Assembly (NCBI GenBank): GCA_036270555.1
Contig: DATBCI010000046.1
Coordinates: forward strand, 1 to 45,790
Length of the DNA: 45,790 bases
Origin: Burkholderiaceae bacterium
Lineage (GTDB): Bacteria; Pseudomonadota; Gammaproteobacteria; Burkholderiales; Burkholderiaceae_F
Direction: 5' to 3'
The translations under genes were made by a program, and so were the position numbers. Below the pieces are notes generated by a model. The model did no database searches. It saw only the letters and a program-made list of their open reading frames with translations, and had not been told where the DNA came from. Positions within the stretch are counted from its first letter, which is position 1; the number at the start of each line of letters is the position of its first letter. Shown piece by piece: positions 22,096 to 30,190 of this stretch.

Positions 22096-23109
22096 TCAAC
22101 GCATCTCGCGCAGCGCGATCGTTTCCCTGACATCGCGCACCGGCAGCCACTCGGGCTGCAGCGTCACGTGATCGATGCCGAAATCGCGCGCCAGCACGCT
22201 GCGCGCCTCGCGCAGAATGTGCGGCCAGCGCTCGATCCGATCCACCAGCAAATGGGCCGAGACCGCGTGGCGGCCGGGCACCATGGCCCACACGTGAAGA
22301 TCGTGCACCGACAGCACGCCATCGATACAGGCCAGTGTCTGCCCCACCTTGCGGAACTCGACACCCATCGGAACGCTGTCGAGCAGCACCAGCGTGGACT
22401 CCTTCAACACCCCCAGCACCGAGCGCAGGATCAGGCCGCTCACCAGCATCGAGAGCAATGGGTCGACGACCGTGTAACCCGTTGCAAAGATCACCGCACC
22501 GGACACCAGCGCCGCCACCGATCCCAGCAGGTCACCCAGCACATGCAGAAACGCCGCGCGGATATTCAGGTTCTCGCGATGACGCGACAAGGCCCAGGCG
22601 ACCGACAGGTTGACGGTCAACCCGACCGCGGCGATCACGACGACTGCAATGCCGTTGACGCGCACCGGGTGTCGGATGCGGTCGATTCCCTCGATGACCA
22701 GCCACACCACGACCGCCAACAGTGCAAGCGAGTTGACAAACGCCGCGATCACCTCGGCCCGCGCCAGGCCGAACGAGTGCTTTTCGGACGCGGGCCGCTG
22801 CGCGACCCGATTCGCAGCCAGTGAGAACAGCAATGCGGCCGCATCGGTCGCCAGGTGCCCGCTGTCGGCCAGCAGGGCCAGCGATCCGGACCACAGCCCA
22901 CCGACGAACTCGACCAGCGCGTAGCCGCCTGTCAATGCAACCGCGACAACGAGCGGTCGTGAACTCGACGGTTCCGCGTGGTGATCGTATCCAGCGTCGC
23001 CTTGCTGGTGCTCGCTGAAGCCGGCTCCCGCTTCGCGCCGTCCAGCAGGCGCGCGCGCGCCGCCGGCGTCGCCGTGATGATGCGCACCGTGGCCGTGTTG
23101 CCCGCCCAT
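22096..23109 (-). CDS. Cation diffusion facilitator family metal exporter (CzcD/ZitB-like)
   Basis: His-rich N-terminus (GHGAHHHGD). TM2/TM5 metal-site motifs SLALLADSGH..D and FLHVLGD. C-terminal cytoplasmic domain with VHDLHVW. Confidence 0.9.
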   Translation of the reverse strand: MGGQHGHGAHHHGDAGGARAPAGRREAGAGFSEHQQGDAGYDHHAEPSSSRPLVVAVALTGGYALVEFVGGLWSGSLALLADSGHLATDAAALLFSLAANRVAQRPASEKHSFGLARAEVIAAFVNSLALLAVVVWLVIEGIDRIRHPVRVNGIAVVVIAAVGLTVNLSVAWALSRHRENLNIRAAFLHVLGDLLGSVAALVSGAVIFATGYTVVDPLLSMLVSGLILRSVLGVLKESTLVLLDSVPMGVEFRKVGQTLACIDGVLSVHDLHVWAMVPGRHAVSAHLLVDRIERWPHILREARSVLARDFGIDHVTLQPEWLPVRDVRETIALREMR

Positions 23110-23129
23110 TCAGGCAGACCGCGCGCCGG

Positions 23130-23777
23130 CTAGGGGGCGCGGGCGCCGGAGAAATGCACGGGGCACCCGGTCCTGGTGCGGACCTCTTCCTGGGTCAGCC
23201 CGGGCGCGAGCTCGACGGCGGTCAAGCCTGCGGTGGCAACATCGAAGACCCCGAGCTCGGTGATGATCCGATCAACCACGCCGACGCCGGTCAGCGGCAA
23301 CGTGCAGCGCGTCAGGATCTTGTGCTCGCCGTTCTTCGACGTGTGCTCCATCAGCACGACCACCCGCTCGACTCCGGCCACCAGATCCATCGCGCCGCCC
23401 ATGCCCTTGACCAGCTTGCCTGGAATCATCCAGTTGGCGAGGTCGCCGGTCTGGCTCACCTGCATGGCCCCCAGGATCGCCAGATCGATGTGGCCTCCTC
23501 GGATCATCGCGAACGAATCCGCGCTGGAGAAATAGCTCGAGCCCGGCAACGCAGTGACGAGTTGCTTGCCGGCATTGATCAGGTCGGGGTCGATCTCCTG
23601 CTCGGTCGGAAAAGGACCGATCCCCAGCAGCCCGTTCTCGGACTGCAGCATCACATCCATGCCGGGCGGGATGTAATTCGCCACCTGCGTGGGCATGCCG
23701 ATCCCCAGATTCACGTAGAAGCCGTCGCGCAATTCCTGTGCGGCACGCTGCGCCATTTGCTCACGATTCCAGGCCAT
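23130..23777 (-). CDS. scoB: 3-oxoacid CoA-transferase subunit B
   Basis: The catalytic-Glu motif LQSENGLLG and GMGGAMDL. It starts 2 nt after the subunit A stop. The 270-aa ORF was trimmed to MAWNREQ. Confidence 0.92.
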   Translation of the reverse strand: MAWNREQMAQRAAQELRDGFYVNLGIGMPTQVANYIPPGMDVMLQSENGLLGIGPFPTEQEIDPDLINAGKQLVTALPGSSYFSSADSFAMIRGGHIDLAILGAMQVSQTGDLANWMIPGKLVKGMGGAMDLVAGVERVVVLMEHTSKNGEHKILTRCTLPLTGVGVVDRIITELGVFDVATAGLTAVELAPGLTQEEVRTRTGCPVHFSGARAP

Positions 23778-23779
23778 GG

Positions 23780-24484
23780 TCAGGCTCCCGTAGAGCGCAC
23801 CGTGCGCTGCTCGATGCGGCGGCTGGGATGAGGATTGACGACCAGCCGCGTGACGTAGATTCCGGGCGTATGAACGTGGTCCGGATCGAGCGTGCCATTT
23901 TCGACCAGCATCTCGACCTCGGCGATGGTGACCCGCCCGCACATGGCCACCACCGGGTTGAAGTTGCGGGCCGTCTTCCGATAGATCAGGTTGCCCTGCC
24001 GGTCCGCTTTCCAGGCCCTGACGAGCGACACGTCGGCGCGCAGCCAGCGCTCCATCACGTAGTGCTCGCCGTCGATCTCGCGCGTTTCCTTGCCCTCGGC
24101 CACGACGGTCCCGTAGCCGGTTTTGGTGAAGAACGCCGGGATACCGGCGCCGCCGGCCCGCATCCGCTCGGCCAGTGTTCCCTGCGGCGTGAACTCCAGT
24201 TGCAGCTCACCGGCCAGGTACTGGCGCTCGAACTCCTTGTTCTCGCCGACGTACGACGCAATCATCTTGCGGATCTGCCGCGTGCCGAGCAGCAGCCCCA
24301 GTCCGAAATCATCCAGGCCCGCGTTGTTGCTGACGCAGGTCAGGTTCTTCGCGCCGGAGGCCCTCAGCGCATCGATCAGCGCCTCGGGCACGCCGCACAC
24401 ACCGAATCCGCCGACCGCGATCGTCTGGCCGTCCTGCACCACGCCGTCCAGCGCAGCCTGCGCCGACGCAAAAAGCTTGTTCAT
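23780..24484 (-). CDS. scoA: 3-oxoacid CoA-transferase subunit A
   Basis: [45 protein letters not shown]. Confidence 0.92.
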   Translation of the reverse strand: MNKLFASAQAALDGVVQDGQTIAVGGFGVCGVPEALIDALRASGAKNLTCVSNNAGLDDFGLGLLLGTRQIRKMIASYVGENKEFERQYLAGELQLEFTPQGTLAERMRAGGAGIPAFFTKTGYGTVVAEGKETREIDGEHYVMERWLRADVSLVRAWKADRQGNLIYRKTARNFNPVVAMCGRVTIAEVEMLVENGTLDPDHVHTPGIYVTRLVVNPHPSRRIEQRTVRSTGA

Positions 24485-24524
24485 GGACCGCTCCGAATGC
24501 TTGACGCAGAAATTCTAACGCCGC

Positions 24525-25295
24525 TCAGGAGAGCGACATGCCGTCGTCGATGGAGATCACGGCTCCATTGATCATTTCGCTCTCGTCCGACGCCAACAGC
24601 AGGATAAGGCCATCGAGGTCCTCAACCGTCCCGATGCGCTGCCTCGGCAGCGACTGGATCAAGCGTTGACCACCCTCGGTGTCCCACACCGCCTCGTTCA
24701 TTTCGGTGCGCACATAGCCGGGGCAGATCGCGTTCACGTTGATGCCGAATCGGCCCCATTCCAGAGCCTGCACCCGCGTCATCTGGATGATGGCGGCTTT
24801 GGTCATTCCGTAGGCACCCAGCCGCGGCACTGCACGCAAACCGGCGACCGAGGCAACGTTGACGATACGCCCGCGAAATCCCGCATTGGAGCGGCTGTGC
24901 TCGATCATGCGCCGCCCGACGGCCTGCGACAGGAAAAACGCTCCCCGCACGTTGGTGTCGAACAGGCGTTCGTAATCGGCTTCCTCCACGTCCGTCAGAA
25001 GCTGCGTGGTGGCGACGCCTGAATTGTTGATCAGAATGTCGAGCGCGCCGCACTGGGACTCGGCCTCCGCCACGGCGCTTTGCACGCTGTCGAGGTCGGT
25101 CACGTCGAGCTGGGTGGCGTGGGCCGCGCCGCCGGCAGCTTCGATCTCGGCCCGCAACTCCTTCAACCGGGACAGGCGCCGCGCCGCCAGTACGACGTTA
25201 GCGCCGGCCGCCGCGAGCACACGAGCGCAGCGCGCCCCGATGCCACTGGAGGCGCCGCTGACGAAAGCGACTTTCTCTTTCAGGTTAACACTCAT
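24525..25295 (-). CDS. SDR family oxidoreductase
   Basis: Cofactor motif SGASSGIG, NNSG, catalytic YGMTK (YxxxK). The ATG at 25295 has a G-run 6 nt upstream. The alternative ATG at 25301 abuts that G-run. Confidence 0.9.
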   Translation of the reverse strand: MSVNLKEKVAFVSGASSGIGARCARVLAAAGANVVLAARRLSRLKELRAEIEAAGGAAHATQLDVTDLDSVQSAVAEAESQCGALDILINNSGVATTQLLTDVEEADYERLFDTNVRGAFFLSQAVGRRMIEHSRSNAGFRGRIVNVASVAGLRAVPRLGAYGMTKAAIIQMTRVQALEWGRFGINVNAICPGYVRTEMNEAVWDTEGGQRLIQSLPRQRIGTVEDLDGLILLLASDESEMINGAVISIDDGMSLS

Positions 25296-25494
25296 GCGCA
25301 TCCCCCCGTTCAGGCCGTTGCAAAGCTACTGCGCGGCTCGATTTGCGACCTGCGGTGCCGGCGCGACCACTCCGTACAGGTCCGCTCCCCGGTCGCAAGC
25401 CAGGCCTGCCCGCGCCGTTTTTCAACGGCCTGCTGAATGGGCAAAATCATCGCACACTAGAATGACGCCTGGGTCTGTCGTAGGGGGGAGTCTG

Positions 25495-27144
25495 ATGCCG
25501 GACGCCGCACGCGAAGTGATGCAATACGACGTAGTCATCGTCGGTGGCGGCCCGGCCGGTCTGGCCGCGGCGATCCGCTTGAAGCAGCGTGCGCAACAGG
25601 CCGGCCGCGAATTGAGCGTGTGCGTGCTGGAGAAGGGCTCGGAAATCGGCGCGCACATCCTGTCGGGCGCTGTCATGGATCCGCGCGCTCTGGACGAACT
25701 GCTGCCCGACTGGAAGGAACTGAAGGCGCCCGTCGACACTCCGGTCACGTCCGATCACTTGCTGTTCCTGAGCGAGCGGCAGGCGACGGCCTTGCCGGGT
25801 TGGATGCTGCCGGCCTGCTTTCGCAATCACGGGAACTACGTCATCAGCCTCGGCAGCCTGGTGCGCTGGATGGGCCGGCAAGCCGAGGCACTCGGCGTCG
25901 AGATATTCGCCGGTTTTGCGGCCACGGAAGTGCTGTCAGGTCCAGCCGGCGAAGTGCTCGGAGTGGCAACCGGCAACCTCGGGATCGGCCGCGATGGGCA
26001 GCCGACGGCGAACTTCCAGCCTGGAGTCGAGCTGCACGCCGGTTACACGCTATTCGGCGAGGGAGCACGCGGCCAGCTCGGCCGCCAGCTGATCGGTGGC
26101 CGTGGATTGGATCGCGGGCGGGACCCGCAGACGTACGGGATCGGCATCAAGGAGTTGTGGGAGGTCTCCGCCAGCCAGCATCAGGCGGGCCGCGTGGTTC
26201 ATACCGCCGGGTGGCCGCTCGATTCGAGCACGTATGGCGGGTCCTTCATGTATCACATGCAGGACCGCCTGGTGGCAGTCGGCTTCGTGGTCGGCCTGGG
26301 CTACACCAATCCCTACCTGTCCCCCTTCGAGGAATTCCAGCGTTTCAAGCTCCACCCGGCCGTGCGGCCGACATTCGAAAGCGGTCGCCGCATCGGGTAC
26401 GGCGCACGTGCGATCACCGCCGGCGGGTTGCAATCGCTGCCGACGCTGGTGTTTGCCGGTGGGGCCTTGATCGGGGACGAAGCCGGTTTCCTGAATGCCT
26501 CGCGCATCAAGGGCAGCCATGCCGCCATGAAATCGGGAATGCTGGCCGCCGATGCCGCCTTCGAGGCGATTGCGGCCGGCCGCAGCCATGACGTGCTGGA
26601 GCAGTATCCGCGTGAGTTCGAGCGCTCATGGCTGCGCGAAGAACTGCATCGCGCGCGCAACTTCAAGCCTTGGATGGACAAGGGCCTCTGGCTCGGCACG
26701 CTGATGTTCGGTATCGATCAAGTGCTGCTGCGCGGGCGCGCGCCCTGGACACTGCACCGCGATACCCCGGACTACGCCAAGCTGCGCCCCGCGGCCGAAT
26801 GCACGCCGATCGAATATCCGAAACCCGACGGAAAGATCACCTTCGACCGGCTCTCTTCCGTATACGTGTCCAACACCAATCACGATGAAAACCAGCCGCC
26901 GCACCTGACCTTGAAGGATGCGGCCGTGCCGGTGCAGGTGAATCTGGCGAAGTACGCAGGGCCGGAGTCCCGCTACTGTCCGGCGGGCGTCTACGAATTC
27001 GTCTCCGAGGCGGGGGCGCAGCGGTTGCAGATCAACGCGCAAAATTGCGTCCATTGCAAGACGTGTGACATCAAGGATCCAACCCAGAACATCGTGTGGG
27101 TAGCTCCCGAGGGCGGAGGTGGCCCGAACTATTCGAACATGTAG
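25495..27144 (+). CDS. Electron transfer flavoprotein-ubiquinone oxidoreductase
   Basis: FAD motif DVVIVGGGPAGLAAA and a C-terminal 4Fe-4S region (YCPAGVYEF...CVHCKTCDIKDP). GGAG lies 4 nt upstream of the ATG at 25495. The 712-aa ORF was trimmed. Confidence 0.95.
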   Translation: MPDAAREVMQYDVVIVGGGPAGLAAAIRLKQRAQQAGRELSVCVLEKGSEIGAHILSGAVMDPRALDELLPDWKELKAPVDTPVTSDHLLFLSERQATALPGWMLPACFRNHGNYVISLGSLVRWMGRQAEALGVEIFAGFAATEVLSGPAGEVLGVATGNLGIGRDGQPTANFQPGVELHAGYTLFGEGARGQLGRQLIGGRGLDRGRDPQTYGIGIKELWEVSASQHQAGRVVHTAGWPLDSSTYGGSFMYHMQDRLVAVGFVVGLGYTNPYLSPFEEFQRFKLHPAVRPTFESGRRIGYGARAITAGGLQSLPTLVFAGGALIGDEAGFLNASRIKGSHAAMKSGMLAADAAFEAIAAGRSHDVLEQYPREFERSWLREELHRARNFKPWMDKGLWLGTLMFGIDQVLLRGRAPWTLHRDTPDYAKLRPAAECTPIEYPKPDGKITFDRLSSVYVSNTNHDENQPPHLTLKDAAVPVQVNLAKYAGPESRYCPAGVYEFVSEAGAQRLQINAQNCVHCKTCDIKDPTQNIVWVAPEGGGGPNYSNM

Positions 27145-27348
27145 CGCAATCCGCACAAGGCGATAGCGCGAGGCAGCCGCTCACATACGCGGGGAACGCC
27201 TGCCTTCGGGCTCGGATCTGCCTTGGACGAATCCTTCCAATCGACCCGGATGGCAGCGTGGGATGACACGCCCGAGGTGTGCAAGCATTCCCGTCAGTCG
27301 AGTTCGCTTTCCGACCAACGCCCGCGCACTTGCACTCGAAGGCAGACC

Positions 27349-27915
27349 ATGGTCCGCGTCGCATGGCTTGTCAGCAAGGAAGAAGTCCCTGAAGCCGACA
27401 AGACGGTCGAGCTCGAGGAATTCCTGCGCAGCGTGATGACGACCGACGAGGAGGCAGCGCGCGCTGGACAGATCGAGGCGGGTGCATCTGTGGCGCGGCC
27501 TCCCCATGACGAACTCGACGATGCGCTGGAGGCGCTGGATGACGAGGTGCTCAATGACGAGGTGCTCAATGACGAGGTGCTCGGCGAGGAGCCGGCGCCG
27601 GGCGAAGCGGAGCGGGTAGCTGTGGACGAGCACCTGCCCGACGAGGCGCTGCGCGAGGTTCCGCCGCGACTGGAAACACCGATGGCGGCGCCGGACGATC
27701 GCTTGGACGTGAAGGGCACGCAGCCGGAGGCTCCGGTGCAACTGCAGCCACAGTCGTTGGTTCTGGACGACCCGGGTCCGGACGACAGGGACCGGGCGCC
27801 ACGCGAGGCCCCTGCCTTCGAACCGCGACCGCGTCAACTGGATGAGTTGCTGGACGAAGCGTTGTCCGAGACTTTCCCGGCGAGCGATCCGATCGCGGTT
27901 TCGGCCGATCGGTGA
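27349..27915 (+). CDS. Acidic hypothetical protein with DEVLN tandem repeat and C-terminal TFPASDP motif
   Basis: High GC at codon position 3 and G-rich position 1 from 27349 onward. This is weaker upstream, so the ATG at 27349 is preferred over TTG 27223 or ATG 27250. I recognise no catalytic or domain motifs. Confidence 0.55.
   Translation: MVRVAWLVSKEEVPEADKTVELEEFLRSVMTTDEEAARAGQIEAGASVARPPHDELDDALEALDDEVLNDEVLNDEVLGEEPAPGEAERVAVDEHLPDEALREVPPRLETPMAAPDDRLDVKGTQPEAPVQLQPQSLVLDDPGPDDRDRAPREAPAFEPRPRQLDELLDEALSETFPASDPIAVSADR
27541..27583 (+). repeat. In-frame 15-bp tandem repeat (gacgaggtgctcaat x2 plus a 13-nt partial third unit)
   Basis: There are two exact copies at 27541-27555 and 27556-27570. 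A third copy diverges at its last 2 nt. It encodes DEVLN-DEVLN-DEVLG. Confidence 0.9.
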
Positions 27916-27919
27916 TCCG

Positions 27920-27979
27920 CCTTCGCGCCTGGCGGCGCTACGGCGGGCAAGCCCGCCGAAGCCGCCACACCGGCGAAGG
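27920..27979. terminator. Extended imperfect hairpin between the convergent acidic-protein and NUDIX genes
   Basis: Nested pairings: ccttcgc/ggcgaagg, ggcggc (27931-27936)/gccgcc (27961-27966), ggcgggc-aa-gcccgcc (27942-27957). There is no U-run. Confidence 0.35.
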
Positions 27980-27983
27980 TGGG

Positions 27984-28580
27984 TCAGAGGGCGTCCAGAC
28001 TGCGCCCCATCCAGCAGATGCCGATGATAGTCTTGCCGTCCACGATGCGGCCGTCACGCACCCATTGATCGAGCTCGCGCCAGGGCGCGCTGAACAGCTC
28101 CAGGACCTCGCCAGGATCGCGCCGGGCGGTGTCCAGCGTCAGCGAGCGCGCCATAAAGATGTCGATCCGTTCGTCGCTGTAGCCGATCGCGTTGTGAAAT
28201 CCGCCCAAGTGGCTCCAGTGGTCGGCGCGATACCCGGTTTCCTCGAGCAGTTCGCGTTGGGCGCAATCGAGCGGGCCCTCGCCCCGGTCGAGCTTGCCGG
28301 CGGGAAATTCGATGAACGCGCGCCCCAGGGGATAGCGGAACTGCCGTTCCAGCAGCACGTGATCGGCGTCCAGCAATGGAATCACCATCACCGCGCCCGG
28401 GTGCCTGACAAACTCGCGGTACGCTATGTGCCCGTCCGGACACCGCACGATGTCGCGGTGAAGGCGCAGCATGCCGCCCTCGTAGGCGAGCCGGGTGTGC
28501 AGTGTGGTCTCGGCCAGCGCGTCGGCACCCCGCCCCGCGCACGCGGCCTCCTCGTCGATCCGGCGCGTACGGTGGGGCAC
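27984..28580 (-). CDS. NUDIX hydrolase (ADP-ribose pyrophosphatase-like)
   Basis: Nudix box GKLDRGEGPLDCAQRELLEETGY, with an upstream HPGAVMVIPLL strand. GTG start at 28580. Confidence 0.88.
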   Translation of the reverse strand: MPHRTRRIDEEAACAGRGADALAETTLHTRLAYEGGMLRLHRDIVRCPDGHIAYREFVRHPGAVMVIPLLDADHVLLERQFRYPLGRAFIEFPAGKLDRGEGPLDCAQRELLEETGYRADHWSHLGGFHNAIGYSDERIDIFMARSLTLDTARRDPGEVLELFSAPWRELDQWVRDGRIVDGKTIIGICWMGRSLDAL

Positions 28581-28594
28581 TGCCTACCGCGCTT

Positions 28595-28671
28595 GCGGGA
28601 AATGGTTCGCAACCATTTCCCGCACGAAATTTCCCCTCTCCCTCGGGGAGGGGGAGAAGGGGTGAGGGGGG
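28595..28671. repeat. Bipartite GC-rich stem-loop repeat, copy A (REP-like)
   Basis: Perfect 13-bp stem gcgggaaatggtt/aaccatttcccgc with a 3-nt loop (28595-28623). A second 9-bp stem is 28634-28642/28646-28654. The tail is aaggggtgagggggg. The element is shared with 43624-43696 in inverted orientation. Confidence 0.6.
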
Positions 28672-28699
28672 CGATCGTCAATCAAAATTCGACCCGCTG

Positions 28700-30187
28700 T
28701 CATCCGCCCAGCGTGCGCAGCATCGCGGTCGAACACAGTCCGATCAGGTACTGGGGCAACACACCGAGCACGATCACCGCAAGGCCATTGGCGGTTAGCG
28801 CGATTTTCATGTCGGGGGCGGCTTCGAGCGGCTGATCGGGGCCCGGCGGGTCAAAATACATCACCTTGACGACGCGCACGTAGTAGAACGCGCCGACCAG
28901 CGAGAACAGCACGGCGATCACCGCGATCCACACCACGGGAACGGGCGAGGTGTCCGCCAGCAGGGCCTGCAGCACCACCAGCTTCGCGTAGAAGCCGACC
29001 GTCGGCGGCACACCCGCCAGCGAAAACATCGCCAGCGCCATCACGAACGCGTACCACGGGCGGTGATGGAACAGGCCTCGCAGGTCGGAGATTTCCTCCG
29101 CCTCGAATCCCTCTCGCGTCAACAGCAGCACGACACCGAAGGCGACCAGCGTGGCCAGCGCGTAGGTCAGCACATAGAACATCGCGGCTCCATAAGCCGT
29201 CGCAGCGCTCGCCGCCGTGCCGCCAAAGACACCGGACTGCATCGCGAGCAGCATGAAGCCCATCTGTCCGATGGTCGAGTACCCCAGCATGCGCTTGAGG
29301 TTGCTTTGAGCCACCGCGGTCAGGTTGCCTACGGCCAGCGAGGCCAGCGCGAGCAGCAGCAGCATCAGGTGCCAGTCGCCCGACACGGGCGCCAGCCCCT
29401 GCACCAGCAGGCGGAAGGCCACTGCGAAGGCCGCGATCTTCGGCGCCGATGCGATCAGCAGCGTCACCGGTGTGGGTGCCCCCTGGTACACGTCCGGCAC
29501 CCACATGTGGAATGGGGCCGCTCCCAGCTTGAAGCCGATTCCAGCCACCAGGAAAACGGTCGCAAGGACAAGCGCCGGGCGATTGGCGATCTGCGATGCG
29601 GAAATGCGGTGGGCGATCTCGTTGATGTCGAGGCTTGCGGTCGCCCCGTACAACATCGACATCCCGTACAGGAGGAAGCCGGACGCCAGCGCGCCGAGCA
29701 CGAAATACTTCATCGCCGCTTCCCCGGCACGCGGCTGGTCGCGCTGCAATGCGACCAGCGCGTACAGGGCCAGCGACTGCAACTCCAGCCCGAGGTAGAT
29801 CAACAGCAGGTTGTCGGCCGAAATCATCGTCATCACGCCCAGCAGCGTGAAGAGCGCGAGGGAGAACAGCTCGCCGCGCCACATCGCACGCGCGCGCGCA
29901 TAGGTCTGCGCGTACACCAGACCCAGCGCGGTGGCCAGACAGGCGAACAGCTTCAGCACCTGCGCCATCGGGTCGCTGACGAACATGCCGCCGAAGGCGA
30001 ACTGCACCGATTGCCCCTGCAGCAGCTTCCAGCAGCACCAGGCAACGGCCGCCAGCGCCGTCAGCGACAGCGAATAGCTCACGTTGCGACGGCGCTCCGG
30101 CACGAACAGGTCGGCCACCAGGACCAGGCAGGCGGCCGCCAGCAGCAAAGTTTCCGGCAGCACCGCGAGAAAATTCAGCTTGGACAT
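28700..30187 (-). CDS. nuoN: NADH-quinone oxidoreductase subunit N
   Basis: Polytopic antiporter-like subunit, last gene of the nuo order. 495 aa. Confidence 0.95.
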   Translation of the reverse strand: MSKLNFLAVLPETLLLAAACLVLVADLFVPERRRNVSYSLSLTALAAVAWCCWKLLQGQSVQFAFGGMFVSDPMAQVLKLFACLATALGLVYAQTYARARAMWRGELFSLALFTLLGVMTMISADNLLLIYLGLELQSLALYALVALQRDQPRAGEAAMKYFVLGALASGFLLYGMSMLYGATASLDINEIAHRISASQIANRPALVLATVFLVAGIGFKLGAAPFHMWVPDVYQGAPTPVTLLIASAPKIAAFAVAFRLLVQGLAPVSGDWHLMLLLLALASLAVGNLTAVAQSNLKRMLGYSTIGQMGFMLLAMQSGVFGGTAASAATAYGAAMFYVLTYALATLVAFGVVLLLTREGFEAEEISDLRGLFHHRPWYAFVMALAMFSLAGVPPTVGFYAKLVVLQALLADTSPVPVVWIAVIAVLFSLVGAFYYVRVVKVMYFDPPGPDQPLEAAPDMKIALTANGLAVIVLGVLPQYLIGLCSTAMLRTLGG

Positions 30188-30190
30188 TCG

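Noticed and set aside
27181-27837. A 218-aa minus-strand ORF with EHLVI-EHLVI-EHLVI, opposite the acidic protein ORF.
   Set aside because: It has the Arg-rich composition of a typical shadow frame, and its codon position 1 falls on the plus-strand position 3. The plus frame has G-rich first positions and a conserved-looking C-terminal motif. The call is not certain without expression data.
28424-28681. An 85-aa minus-strand ORF (…LTPSPPPRGRGEISCGKW…) crossing the nuoN-NUDIX gap.
   Set aside because: It is simply the translation of the GC-rich stem-loop repeat plus the NUDIX 5' region in another frame. It overlaps the NUDIX gene.
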